A stretch of 64,000 nt of DNA from Octopus vulgaris (Eukaryota), in the NCBI GenBank assembly GCA_951406725.2, contig OX597822.1:118606001-118670000 (forward strand), in the 5' to 3' direction. The notes beneath the pieces are model-generated. The model saw only the letters and a list, made by a program, of their open reading frames with translations, was not told where the DNA came from and did no database searches. Made by a program: the position numbers and the translations under genes. This document shows positions 51,241-64,000 of this stretch, one piece after another (position 1 is the first letter of the stretch; the number at the start of each line of letters is the position of its first letter).

Positions 51241-51348
51241 GGTCACTCCTCCTGGTGAAGAGGATTTCTTCTCTATTTTTGGTAGTGATTCAGCTATATA
51301 TATATATATATGAATAAAAAATGGAGTTAACGCAGGTTTAAACAAGTA

Positions 51349-51444
51349 TTTTTACTTTCAACACAGGTTTCGAAAATTCCACTGATACTATTCAAAAGAA
51401 TAAATGGTATAAACAATGCAATCTTCTCTTCGGGAAAGTGAAAA
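51349..51444 (-). ncRNA. Hammerhead motif with CCGAAGA core and GUU site
   Basis: actttc CCGAAGA GAAGATTGCATTG...CAGTGGAATTTTC GAAAC-CTGT-GTT gaaagt. Confidence 0.75.
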
Positions 51445-51721
51445 AACGAAACTCGTCAATACGACATTTTAGCAAAAAATGATGGATTTGTATAGCGATA
51501 GACAGAACGCTATTAATATTGTTTAAAAAAACGTTATATGATATAACGTCATAAGTAGCTAACAGAAAGAGTAGGGATATTAATAGTGAATGTTAAATAT
51601 AAAGGAAATTAAAGTCTAAACTATATATAATGATAGAGACTACTTATATGCACTAAATGTATGTTTTTGCCAATGCCTACATCAGTATGCTCGTTCTATA
51701 ACCGTGTTTACTAGAGTATTT

Positions 51722-53509
51722 TTAGAAAAAAATAATGAAAAATAGCTCAGAATTGCAGAGAAGACAGAATTTCTTGCCTTTGTCATATGGTATCGAAATT
51801 GAGAGGATCAACCATTCTAAATGAAATTGTTCATTGTGGTCTTTTAAATCCCAAATCAGTTTGCTGAGACCGGTACTATTCCGTTTATTTCTATCCCTAA
51901 ATGTTGAGTAATGGATAGAAATTCTTTTAGATAACTCTAACGATGTGCTTCCAATGTAAAATCGTACTTTATTACGAGTACTGATTATACACTGGTATAT
52001 AGAATTTTTAACCTTAGAGTTACTTGACATAAACTTAATTCTATTGGAATTGACTTCAGATACAATAACCTTGTTATTAATATTTCTAGAGGGTTGGATG
52101 GTATTAGCTAAATTAATGTTAGTATTAGTAAATGTATTAATATTTAACAGTTTGTTATTATGAGAAGATATAATTTGCAAGAGATTTTTTGTGTTTGAAA
52201 AACCTATCCTAACCTTATGTGAATTAATTATAGAGTAATATCTAGAATTGTTTGGAAAATTCCTAGCAATAGCTTGACGAAACAGCAGTGGGAGATTAGA
52301 TTTAATTTGTCTCCCATAAGGGATTATTAAGCAAATATTTTTACTAGTATTCATAGCGTAATTACTTTTGAAGGTGTTATATTTACTTTTAGATCTATAA
52401 TAGGGGATTAAATAAGGGTTATCTGCCTTCATTCGCTTTGTATCGGTGCGTAAGTTATGTTTGTTATCAATAATTCTTTTACGACTAGAAATCTTATCTA
52501 CATCATTGAATTTACAATTAGACTGAGCAGAATCAATGTAGAAAATTTTTTCTGTATAACCTGCTTTGATTAAGGTAGAGTTATAGAATTCAGCGTTATT
52601 ATTGAAAATATCAACATTAGCAGCTAATTTAGATAATCTAAATGAAATATTCTTAACTAAATTCTTAGTAATTGCTCCAGGATGATTACTAAATTTGCTA
52701 ATGGACTTAAGATTGGTCAACAGTTTATGATATGGGAAGTAAGAGTCACTGTGTAAATTAAGCGTAATATCTAAAAAGTTGGCCTTCGTCAGATCGTCAT
52801 CAAAAACGATTTTTAAGCCCATTCTACTGAAAAAATTAACTAAACTATTCTTAACTTTTTGTACCTTTTGGTTGGAAACATTTTGGAGGTAAAGTAAACA
52901 ATCATCATGATATAGACCTCCATAATTGTTAGGGAACTCTTCAGCCATTTCAAAAAGAATATATATACAGACCAAATCAGCTATCTGTGCTGAATCAGAA
53001 CTTCCCATTGGTATATCGAAACTATCTGGTGTGTCTTTACGGACCCACAACTTATCATCAAATTTAATAATAGATCTTCTGGCTGCCAACACAACATTAA
53101 TTTCTTCTCGGGTGAGACCCACTTTGTTATGAGTAAGCCAAAGTGCCTTATTAAGTACTATTGGATTAATAGATTAATAAAAATTGGAAATATCAAACTG
53201 GATAAACTTTGTACTCACCTTACTGTTAATAAACCTAAACCAGTCAATTACTTCAAATGAATTAGTCCATAAACTAAGTTTTAATGTTTTGATTAAATTA
53301 GGAATATATTTATCTAGTATATTTTTACTAAGGATACCGATGTCAGAGCTAGAATAGCAGATAAGCCTTAATGATGGGTAAGTAAAAAAATTTGGTTTGT
53401 GATCCTTCAAAATGAACCGAGGTTGCTTAGGAACAAATGGTTCTGTCTTCATTTGTAGGTTATATTTCTCCATGATTTTCATAGCCTCAATGTTAAGGTA
53501 AAAATACAC
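51722..53509 (-). pseudogene. Naiad-type RT-GIY-YIG ORF with frameshifts
   Basis: LKDHKPNF..LRLI; FIQFDISNFY; FDIPMGSSDSA; GLYHDD; NFLDITLNL; SNHP; IYQC..FYIGST..R...H; LSKLIWDLK; CLLC. Confidence 0.92.
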
Positions 53510-53576
53510 TCATCTATTTATATATATATATATATATTATATATATATATATATGTGTGTGTATATATATACATAC

Positions 53577-53790
53577 AGAGGCGCAATGGCCTAGTGGTTA
53601 GGGCAGCGGACTCGCGGTCGCAGGATCGCGGTTTCGATTCTCAGACCGGGCGTTGTGTGTGTTTATTGAGCGAAAACACCTAAAAGCTCTACGAGGCTCC
53701 GGCAGGGGGTGGTGCTCCCTGCTGTACTCTTTCACCACAATGGCGGTGCCCCAGCATGGCCACAGCTCAAGAGCTGAAACTGGAAAAACA
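53577..53790 (+). mobile_element. SINE (12507 head, short tail)
   Basis: tRNA-like head ggcgcaatggcctagtggttagggcagcggactcgc. Confidence 0.85.
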
Positions 53791-53865
53791 AAAAAAAACA
53801 AAAAAAAAAAATATATGTATGTATGTATATATATACATATGTATATTCTGTTGTGTCTGGGGATG

Positions 53866-53930
<65 letters not shown>

Positions 53931-54296
53931 TAGCAGTTGTAATAACCAACTAAGGGATAAAATATCCATATGTACTATCAGTATCCGTTACCTGTGTTAT
54001 CCCCAGGCTATGGTGTGCAGGGGCACCATAAATGTCAAGCGCAGGTGACAAATGGGTAAACAATATTTTATCAGGAATCAATGCAAATAATTAGAAAATG
54101 GAGAAAAAACATGGATTAACCAGGACATGAATAGGACCAGATTTAAAGCTTGTTTATTGATACAAAGCAAGACATAACAAAGCTAACAGCTGTTTCTGAT
54201 CAAAATTCCCAGAATGCAGTCTATACATAAAATTGCTGACCTTGTACCAAAATTAGAAAGAATTATTATTATCAGTTAACATCAATAACCAATGGG

Positions 54297-54639
54297 GAGA
54301 CCCCCTTCGGTCAAGAATGACCATCGGATTGCACCTAGAAAGTTACTCTCCGAGGTACATGTCCGGGCAAGGTTGTTTATGGAAGGCCAACAGTCTCCCA
54401 TGCATACCGTCCCCTCCCCCTCTTCACACCACTGATGTTATCCAAGGGAAAGGCAAAGGGGCCGATACAGCTTGGCACCAGTGATGTCACAACTCATTTC
54501 TATAGATGAGTGAACTGGAGCAACGTGAAATAAAGTGTCTTGCTCAAGAGCACTACATGCACAGCCCGGTCCGGGAATCGAACTCACAACCTCACGATTG
54601 TAAGCTTGACACTCTAACCACTGAGCCATGCACCTTCAC
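54297..54639 (-). mobile_element. CORE-like tRNA SINE
   Basis: Full match to 57884-58245. Confidence 0.85.
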
Positions 54640-55264
54640 AGCAATAACCAATACTGTAGATGTAAAAAGCATTTTTTGATGAACATCCGTTTTATTTTAA
54701 ATTTGGGTTGTTCTACTTTGTAGATGTCAACAAGTTGTACCAAGGATATTTTTGTGTCTGTCACAACATACGTGTATAGTCAACAAAGAGATACAAAATA
54801 ACAATGAGGAACAAACAGAATAATAGTTTTGTTGCAGTGTCTGTATAAAAATGTCTAATCCCAGGTATTTTTTAAAGTTTATGGGATAATCCAATAGATC
54901 ATTTCTAATTTCCTATGCAGTAATTCTCAGAAATGTGGTGTAATTTAACAGAAATTCGAAGTTTAATACCAGCAGTCTACAATTACATAAATAACAAATA
55001 TTTGAGTGATTATATTACAACCATCAACTTGAAAATGAATACAAGTAGAAACCAGAACAACAACGGAATATAAACATCATTAAAACTATGCTTTAATTAT
55101 GTATATTTATCGAGTCACAGTCACAGGCACAGCTATGTGGTTAATATATTTCCTCCATAATTACATGGTTCTGGAATCAGCCCCAGGTCAACCAAAGCTC
55201 TGTGAGTGGATTTCGTAGATGGACATCAAAAAGAGCCCTTTATATATGTCTTGGTCATATAGAC

Positions 55265-55785
55265 AAGCTTGAAAATTCATCCCCATATCCTTGAACAGGG
55301 CTTTAGACACAATTTAGGAGATTATGTGAAGCTATTAAAGACTGGTCAAACTCTGCCTGGATGGAGAGGATTACTGCTGGAAGGCCATGTGTGTGGCAGC
55401 AGGGTTCAGCTCCTTGCCATATGGAAAGAACCAAAAGTGGTTGTTGAGAATTTCTACAACTTCATCAGTCCCAAATTCTGGCTTCGTAATTCCCTGGATT
55501 GTAATTCCCTGGATTGCCATTTGTGGGGTGTAATTGCCAAAGACACCAACTGCTCTGCCTGCAACACCAAGACTTTCCCAGTGACAGAGTGAGAAATGCA
55601 TCCACCAGATACCAGAGCCCCCTTAAGGTCGTAGTGGGAGCTGGAGGTGGCTACTTTGGAAAACCCATCTCCCAGCCATAATCTAATTGATAGTTTTTGA
55701 CTTTTTAAAATACTTTTAATTTTGGATGGGATATATTTTCTTTCCCTTTTATACAAACTGTCAAATTTAGATTGAACACCCTGTT
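55265..55785 (+). mobile_element. Tc1/mariner-superfamily (maT/DD37D-like) transposase remnant with TIR
   Basis: YVKLLKT; VWQQGSAPCH; ENFYNFISPKFW..NSLDCNSLD..LWG; terminal attgaacaccctgt. Confidence 0.7.
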
Positions 55786-56322
55786 TATATCTATCTATCT
55801 ATCTATATATATATATATGTCTATGTTCTCTACATTGTAATATCTTAATATTAAGTTGAAAAACATTGAATATGGAACATATATATATTTTATTGATTTA
55901 TATTATTTGTATTATTATGTATATGTATATGTGTATGTATAAGAGTATGAGTATATGCACTCATATATATATGTAAATGATTTATTATGGGTATGTACCC
56001 ACACTTATATCTTTGTAAATGTCTCATTTTTAACTTCATATTGACATACTGTACATGGCTAATATAGGTAAAATGAGACATATCTATCTGCAAGGCCGAA
56101 ACAGCTCTAAGATATAGTGTATATTTATATTTATTTATTTATATCCTCTTATAATGATTGTACTTATTGTATTGTATTACTCATTCATGTAGGCTGTTTT
56201 GTTATATATTTTTATGTTTAACCCTAATGTTCTTATGTAGTGGTTTAATAAAGTATGTGATTGGGTATTATCTGGTAGTTGATAAATGATTTAGATGTAT
56301 TTCTCCATTTTCTGATTTTGTG

Positions 56323-56355
<33 letters not shown>

Positions 56356-56359
56356 GTGC

Positions 56360-56645
56360 AACCAGCATGAGGACCTGTCAGGCTGTTCTGGCATTGATTA
56401 CATTCAGATAGAGCTTTTTACGTACCCGGCACGAGACCCATTCAGGGGGTACTGGCATTGGCCTTGTTTGGATGGGGCTTTTTATGTGCCACCAGCATGG
56501 GAGCCAGTTAGGCGGACCTAGCATTGACCACGTTCAGATGGTGTATTATACATGCCAGCAGCACGGGGGCCAGTCAGCGGGCACTGCCCATAGCTACAAT
56601 ATTAGTTTTACTTGACTCAACAGGTCTTCTCAAGCATATCATATC
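56360..56645 (-). mobile_element. RTE 3' UTR internal repeat array fragment
   Basis: Three to four units of the ttttacgtgcc type. Confidence 0.7.
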
Positions 56646-57883
56646 ACCAAACACATCAGGGATATATATATCTACATAAAATGTATTGTTCCATGGTTGT
56701 AAGATCAACAAACGAAGTACTCCACCTGGTGAGAGATAAATCTTATCTAATAGGCACACCCATTTTGCTTCTTTCTGATAACTTTCTGGTTTTTTAACCT
56801 TTCACTTTTTCTATATACTTCCTTCTCGCCTTTTCTTGCTTGTTCTCTCAATGTCTAGTTTGTTATGCCATGTGGGCTGTGCCTAATGACTGTGCCAAAT
56901 TGTCAGGTGTGTTACAGAACATTGTTTGGCATGTTCTCAGCACATGAAACTAGTAGTAGCACATCAAAACATGTACTGTGTCTATTAAATTATATATATA
57001 TATTTATGTATTTGTTTTGCAAATAAATGTTATATACACATAAACGTACAAATACATATATATACACATATATATAATCATCTCAACATCATCATCTTAA
57101 TGTGCACTTTTCTATACTTGCATGTGTTGGACGGAGTTTATTCAGGCAGAGTTTTACATCCAGATTCCCTTTTCTTAGCCAATCCACACCTGTTTCCAAA
57201 CAATGCATTGCTTCTACCTGGCTAGTGTTCCATTTGGCTGATTTCCTTGAGAGGTCATTTTTTTTTTCTGGTGTCCGGTCTAACTTAATGTCTGAAAGCA
57301 TTATTCCTTTATTGCTTTTTCCTGAGGATTTTGATTTGACCAAAACTAAAATGCAACTGGTCAATCCTAGGGTAATGTCAGCAGAGTTGAAAACGTGTGA
57401 CACAGTAAATGTTGATGACGATGATGGTGGTGGTCATCGTCGTCATCATGGCAGCGGTGGTCATGGTCACGGCGGCAGCGGTGGTAATGGTGGTGGTAGT
57501 GATAATAATGATGGCGATGAAGATGATGGCAGAGTATACCACACACTAAAGAAGCACTTGAGTTGGATTTATTTTCATATATATTTTGTTGAATATTTTT
57601 AAGACTGAATAACTGAGTTTCACATGTCAAATCCAAAATGGACTTGAAATTCAATTTCTATAGAAACGAGAATTAAAATATCAAATTAACGTTGAAAATG
57701 TTTGACAGAAACTACAAAGTGCTTTATTATAAATGGAGCACCTGTTAACAATTAACAGAAATGAAGAAAAATTAAATTAGAGCCAGCATAATTGTGAGGC
57801 CTACATGCATACATCATATATACATAGTGTCATTATGGAAACTGAGAAAATCTCTATAATTTGGATAGGAGATAAAACCCAGA

Positions 57884-58245
57884 AGTGAAGGCACATGGCT
57901 CAATGGTTAGAGTATTAGGCTTACAGCCATGTGGTAGGGAATTCCATTCTCGGGCCAGGCTGTGTGTTGTGTTCTTGAGCAAGACACTTTATTTCACGTT
58001 GCTCCAGTTCACTCAGCTATAGAAATGAGTTGTGACATCACTGGTGCCAAACTGTATCAGCCCCTTTGCCTTTCCACTGGATACCATCGGTGGTGTTAAG
58101 AGGGGAGGCTAATATACATGGGTGACTGCTAGTCTTCCATAAACAACCTTGCCCAGACTTGGACTCGGCCCAGACTTGGACCTCGGAGGGTAACTTTCTA
58201 GGTGTAATCCCATGGTCATTGCGACTAGAGGGGTCTTTACCCTTT
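57884..58245 (+). mobile_element. CORE-like tRNA SINE
   Basis: A/B boxes and ttgagcaagacactttatttcacgttgctccag. Confidence 0.85.
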
Positions 58246-58379
58246 TAAAACCCAGTAAGATTGCAATATAACTTTGCAGTACAATGAAAAAAATTTTTCC
58301 TGAAATCAACATTACGAATGAAATATCTAATTTTAAAAATCTAAAATTTCAGGTACCAAAGAATGGCTTGAAAATCTTT

Positions 58380-58577
58380 TTAACCTTTCTGGCACAAACC
58401 ACTTGTGATTACTCCAAGTTCTAGGATACAAACTTCCTGTTTTAAAGGGATCAAAATTAAAACCTTCCATCAAAATGTTATGCCAATTTATGGTCAAAGC
58501 ACCAGTCTTTTTACTAAATTCTTCATTATTTTCAAAATTCATTAAAGCAAATGGTATATTTCCACAGAAAGGGTTAA
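58380..58577. mobile_element. TTAA-flanked piggyBac-like MITE (related copies at ~26060-26370, 33310-33490 and 58578-59097)
   Basis: ttaacctttct ... agaaagggttaa termini. Confidence 0.6.
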
Positions 58578-58697
58578 AGTGATTGGAATTAAAACCTTCC
58601 ATAAAATTTTATTTTAATCTATTTTCCAAAAACTAGCTTAATGACAAAGTCATTTTACTACAGTCAAAAACAGAGTTTTTCAGCAGAAATATGATAA

Positions 58698-59071
58698 AAA
58701 TTAAAATAAATGCACCCTTTTAAAGCTTAGCCAGGCTCATTGGTCCGGTTTCCTGGTTTCAATGGCGTATATATTCCCCAGCTGGACGGGATGCTCCAGT
58801 CCACTCAGCTGCCAAAAATGAATGAAATGAATGCACCCTTTTCAAGCCTAACTAGGCTCATGGGCCCAGTTTCAATGGCGTATGTGTTCCCCAACTGGAC
58901 AGGACGCCAGTCCATCGCAGCATTACTCATTTTTGCCAGCTGAGTGGACTGGAGCAACGTGAAATGAAGTGTTTTGCTCAAGAACACAATGCGTCACCCG
59001 GTCCAAGAATCGAAACCACAATCTTACGATCATGATGCTGACACCCTAACCACTAAGCCACGCACCTCCAC
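58698..59071 (-). mobile_element. SINE with duplicated tail and 13-bp TSD
   Basis: agaaatatgataa at 58685-58697 and 59072-59084. Confidence 0.85.
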
Positions 59072-59399
59072 AGAAATATGATAATGTAAGGATTAATTGA
59101 AGCATTCTTTATAATATGAAATTCCATGGTGAAAGCAGAGCAAACAATACAGAAATTTGTATCATAATTAGTTAAGAAATTGGAGAAGGTTCTCCCATTC
59201 TTTAAAACAATTATCTAATACTGATGAAACTACTCTATTATATAAGAAAATAGCAAAAAGAACATTCATGACAAGAACAGAAGAAATAAAGATGATTAAC
59301 GCATTTAAAGCATCTAAAGATTAGATCATCATCATCATCATCATTTAGCATCCACTTTTCCATGCTTTCAGGGATCAGACAGAATTTGTTTAAGCAGCA

Positions 59400-59700
59400 A
59401 ATGTATACGAAAACAAGGACTGAAAAAAACGGAATCCTTGTTTTCATATACATTCGCGGCTTTCTTCCAAGGAATCTAATGCTCTTAGCTTAGTTTTTCC
59501 TTGGGGCTGGCCAGATTGGAGCAATTTCTAGTATAGCCAGCTGAAATTGCAAAGATAATCTGGAACTCGACTGAGGAAAGAAAACTCCAAATAACCCATC
59601 CTTGGTTTCTTTGTATCGTCTATCTGGATCTTTTGTTGTCCCCTTTTTTGTATCACCTAACTGTCTGGATGTTTTGCATTCTTGTCCCATTTTGTATTTT
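59400..59700 (+). mobile_element. Repeat related to 11245-11490 with an inverted 5' tip, ending in (TA)n
   Basis: 59400-59419 is inverted at 59435-59454. Confidence 0.6.
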
Positions 59701-59951
59701 ATATATATAAAAGAATATAGCAGCATACATACATTTGGGTCTATATACACACACACACACGTACATATATATGCACCCAGGGACAAATGGATAGATAGAT
59801 AGATAAATAGATGAAATCAGTAAAACATATTATCCTTTACTTGGAAAAGAAAATAAGGGCTTGTATCAAAAAGGGTAATAATGGAAACATGGACCAAGAT
59901 GAAAGAAAGAAATGAAATTTTATATATATATATATATATCCAAAAAGTATA

Positions 59952-59985
<34 letters not shown>

Positions 59986-59989
<4 letters not shown>

Positions 59990-60380
59990 TTTTACTACTT
60001 TCAGTCATTTGACTGCAGCCATGCTAGAGCACTGCCTTAAGGGGTTTTAGTCAAACAAATCGACTTCCGGACTTATTCATTGTAAGCCTAGTACTTATTC
60101 TATCAGTCTCCTTGGCTGAACAGCTAAGTTACAAGGCCGTAAACACACCAGCATTGGTTGTCAAACGATGGTGGTCGGGGGGACAAACACAAAGATATAC
60201 ACACACATGCACATATGTGTGTGTGCGTATACAACGGGCTTCTTTCAGTTTCCATCTACCAAATCCACTCGCAAGGCTTTGGTCAGCCCGAGGCTATAGT
60301 AGAAGACACTTGCCCGATGTGCCATGCTGTAGGACTGAACCTAGAACCATGTGGTTGGTAAGCAAGCTTCTTACCACACA
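59986..60380 (-). mobile_element. SINE (16811 family)
   Basis: Sequence match. Confidence 0.88.
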
Positions 60381-60696
60381 ATATATATTATTAATATTTA
60401 TATACACATTATGTGAACGATAATATTTTGAAAGCAAAAGTGTTTAGTATATATCACATATATGTATGTATATATATTTGTGTGTATATATATTTGTGTG
60501 TGTGTATATATTTGTGTATGTATATATATTTGTGTATGTATATATTTGTGTATGTATATATATATTTGTGTGTATATATATATATTTGTGTGTATATATA
60601 TTTGTGTGTGTATATATATTTGTGTATGTATATATATTTGTGTATGTATATATATTTGTGTGTGTATATATTTGTGTATGTATATATATTTGTGTA

Positions 60697-61308
60697 TCTC
60701 TTATTATAAAAGGCAGATTTTATCTGCCTCCCTTTGGGAGTTATACAAATCTACAATATAGGATTTCTTCAATTACAATTTACCTAGCAGTTTTAAGAGT
60801 ACAATGCATCGCGTCATGCCAGGTCCAGTTTTTAAAATTTAAACTCCAATTAAGCAAAATTTACAGAAAACTCACATTCTGGTGTGTGTGTCAAATGCTT
60901 TTCTTAGTCTGGTTTACACCACACGCAAACGCACACACACAGTGGGCAAGGAATAAAATGAAAGTAATTCACTTACTGTAGTGAGTGATTCTTTCACTCA
61001 GCCTCCCACTTCCTCTTTACACACATAGAAAAAACTTTTATTTTTTTACATAAGTAATGAGAGCGAAAGAGACAAAGAGAAAGCGATTGTATGACGAGGG
61101 AAGTTCCTTTGAAGTTACCGTGCATGGGACTCATTGATGTACATGTGTGTGTGTGTGTGTGTTTGATGGAGTGTGGGAGACAGACAGTATGTTGTGTAAG
61201 TGAAGTGCTTCTGTTAGTGTGTGTGAAGAGACAGAGAGAGTAATGTGTGAAAGAGAGAGATAACTGAAATTTTTTACTCGGTTTATGTGTATATGTATGT
61301 ATGCATGT

Positions 61309-61340
<32 letters not shown>

Positions 61341-62201
61341 GTGTGTGTATGTATGTATTTATATATAAAAGAAAGGTTGTGTGTCTGTCTACTCCGATTT
61401 AGATTCCTAACTACTCCCACATTTTGCGATGCAGTTTAACCAAAACCGGGTATCTTATAGTCGTGATTCATATCGAGCCCTTCTGGGTATTAGCGCGCGT
61501 CTACGATGAGTCTATGATTTTACAAATAATTTACCATCATTTTTTTCCATTTTAATGCATATTTTTAAAAATAAACGGAAGTAACTCTCAAACTTCACAC
61601 CAATATGCGTGCTCATATGCGACGTAATATCACATCACCAGCATTTCCTCACACTCTCCTTGCACTTGGCGAAGGCAAAATACCAGGGGATGAAAATGGT
61701 AATATTGCCATCGATTCCATTTGTACCATTGTTAAGACGCCTTCTGATCTCAGAGATGCAGTGTTCCCAGATTTACAAGCTAATTATCAGAATATGGATT
61801 GGATTGGCAAAAAGGCTATACTGGCCCCGAGGAATAAAACTGTTCACCATATTAATGATGAAATGCTAAAACTCATTCCTGGGGAAGTCGATGTATATCA
61901 GTCTATCGATACAACTCCTGACCCAGAGGACGTCATCAACTATCCAATAGAGGTACTCAATTCCTTTGAGCACCCCGGACTACCACCACACTTTCTCAAA
62001 CTTAAAGTTAGTGCCCCTATAATGCTCATCAGAAATTTGGTTCCCCCAAAACAATGCAATGGCACACGTTTGGCGTTAAGTCCTTATCTCCCACCGTAAG
62101 CTTATTTCAATATTTGCCTGAATAATCATCATAATTCAGTGCAATCATTAACAGTACTTTCAAGCAATTCAGCCCCGAGCAACGCCGGGCAATTCTGCTA
62201 G
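60697..62201 (+). mobile_element. Composite Helitron inserted in a (TATATATTTGTG)n minisatellite
   Basis: 5' TC at 60697, second family head at ~61360, 3' hairpin plus CTAG at 62201, A|T target, same minisatellite on both sides. Confidence 0.85.
61596..62099 (+). pseudogene. Helitron Pif1-family helicase fragment
   Basis: LHTNMRAH..LLALGEGK; KAILAPRNKTVHHIN; YPIEVLNS..PGLPPH.LKLK..APIMLIRNL...CNGTRL. Confidence 0.92.
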
Positions 62202-62983
62202 TGTATATATATTTGTGTGTATATATATTTGTGTGTGTATATATTTGCGTATGTATATATATTTGTGTATGTATATATATTTGTGTGTATATATATTTGT
62301 GTGTATATATATTTGTGTGTATATATATATTTGTGTATGTATATATATTTGTGTGTGTGTGTGTGTGTGTGTGAGTGAGAGAGAGAGAGAGAAAGTAAAT
62401 AAAATTTACAAAAATATTTTGCAGTTTTATTTTGATTAAAATATCAGCATCTTTGGAGCAAAGCCTTTAAATGCTGCCCCACTCCATCTGTTGTCTTGCC
62501 CTTCTTCCCCTCCAGCATGGCAAACAGGACACACACTGCGTTTCATAATGTGTAAGGTTACATTCAGAGAAAGTCGTGAGTTGGAACTGTGAGCACACCA
62601 AGCAAAATGCTTAGCAGGACTTTGTTGGTTGTTACATTCTAGGTTCAAATGCTGCCGAGGCCAACTTCACCTTTCACCCTTTTGGAGTAAATAAGATAAG
62701 CACCAGTGAAGCACAGGGGTCAATTTAGTCAACACAGCCCTTCCCTAAAACTGCTGGCCTTCTGCCAAAATTTGAAACCAATAAATACATTCTTAAAATG
62801 CATTAAAATAATTGTACAGTTCTTTACTTAGATTAAAAGTCAAAATATCAAATTATTGAAAATATGAAGAATTTCTTATCTTTACAATGAATTTTCAGGT
62901 TAAAACTACAAGCTCAAGATAATATCCATGCTAAGAAGTCAAGATTGTAGTCATTTAAAATAGAAATGATTGGTTAAGTAATA

Positions 62984-63015
<32 letters not shown>

Positions 63016-63419
63016 ACTCTTTTACTTGTTTCAGTCATTTGACTGTGGCCATGCTGGAGCACCGCCTTTAGTCAAGCAAATCGACCCCGGGACTTATTCT
63101 TTGTAAGCCCAGTACTTATTTTATCGGTCTCTTTTGCTGAACTGCTAAGTGACGGGGACATAAACACACTAGCATCAGTTGCCAAGCAATGTTGGGGGGA
63201 CAAACACAGACACACAAACACATACACACACACACACATATATATACATATACACGACAGGCTTCTTTCAGTTTCCGTCTACCAAATCCACTCACAAGGC
63301 TTTGGTTGGCCCGAGGCTATAGCAGAAGACACTTGCCCAAGATGCCACGCAGTGGGACTGAACCCGGAACCATGTGGTTGGTTAGCAAGCTACTTACCAC
63401 ACAGCCACTCCTGCTCCTA
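63016..63419 (-). mobile_element. SINE (16811 family)
   Basis: Near full-length match. Confidence 0.9.
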
Positions 63420-64000
63420 TATAAAAATTTGACATGGGCAATTCTTTCTTGTCTTCGGATTCACGGTCAAATGGCTGGGTGGAATTGCACGAAAAATTAC
63501 ACAGATGTGTAGAATTATCTGGTGATGGTGGGCTTTGTATTTTCTCATAACTCCCAGGGTTACCAAAATAATCTACTATAATAATACTCTTGTGTTCATG
63601 AATGAGAAAGGAAGTGGTGGTAGATGAATAAGGAAGGAAGGGGTGATCTCATACTTGGTAGTGGGAGGATGAAAATTGTATGATGAAAAAATAAATCAAA
63701 CAGCATTTCAACTCTGTGTGAATATATGTGTATGTAAAAGGGGTGTGTGTGAATGTATGTGTGTGTCTGTATGTGCATGTGCAATGGAAGTAGGATGGTT
63801 CATCTTTGTTCACTTAGTATTTGGGGTTTATTTTTTGATTTGGCTGAATCTTGGTTGTTTTTTTTTTGTTGATCAAATATTTTAACAGGAAAAAGTCAAT
63901 CTAAAATTGTTTTTTAATGTAAGCGTGCCCAAACAAGTCAAATACTTACACAGAGCAGGTTTTATAGCCACATCATCCAAACCAACCAGGTGAAACTGGG

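Larger units (their letters stand above)
51311..53515 (-). mobile_element. Naiad-type Penelope-like element, 5'-truncated, flanked by (TA)n
   Basis: RT plus GIY-YIG ORF and a 3' pLTR with hammerhead. Confidence 0.92.

Noticed and set aside
51630-51722. In-frame TGA before CRH in the shifted Naiad C-terminus as possible selenocysteine
   Set aside because: The TGA aligns with the K/R position before the retained Cys, not with a Cys. The copy is frameshifted and I identified no SECIS.
59215-59270. CTGATGA hammerhead start (also CTGAGGA near 59571)
   Set aside because: No convincing stem II-GAAA-NUH downstream.
63420-63575. Open protein-like frame on the minus strand (DYFGNPGSYEKIQSPP...)
   Set aside because: No recognisable homology or clear donor, and it runs into a SINE.

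Overview
AT-rich, microsatellite-dense eukaryotic DNA made almost entirely of nested transposable elements. The SINE, RTE and Penelope repertoire points to a coleoid cephalopod, probably Octopus (inference). No host gene can be supported; only weak micro-exon candidates were seen. Penelope-like elements (PLEs) include one Neptune-type copy with an inverted pLTR, two Naiad-type copies and several orphan pLTRs. They carry at least six hammerhead-ribozyme motifs with variant cores. LINE remnants belong to the CR1-like, RTE, R4/Dong-like and L1/Tx1-like groups. DNA elements include a full-length but decayed mariner, other mariner/maT pieces and several Helitrons, one with a Pif1 helicase fragment. 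Dozens of tRNA-derived SINEs are present. Most notable: (i) hammerhead core variants, including a U3-A8 covariant; (ii) an ORF1-only L1/Tx1-like element that shares its 3' tail with a SINE and sits inside a homologous older ORF1 within a Helitron; (iii) a 4x184-bp SINE array whose unit begins inside the anticodon-like hairpin loop, exactly where a nearby 98-bp duplicate ends; (iv) arrays of a ~60-nt structured unit with a variable loop in RTE 3' UTRs. Most ORF-track entries (YI/CV/HT repeats) are microsatellite translations. Boundaries of decayed elements are approximate.
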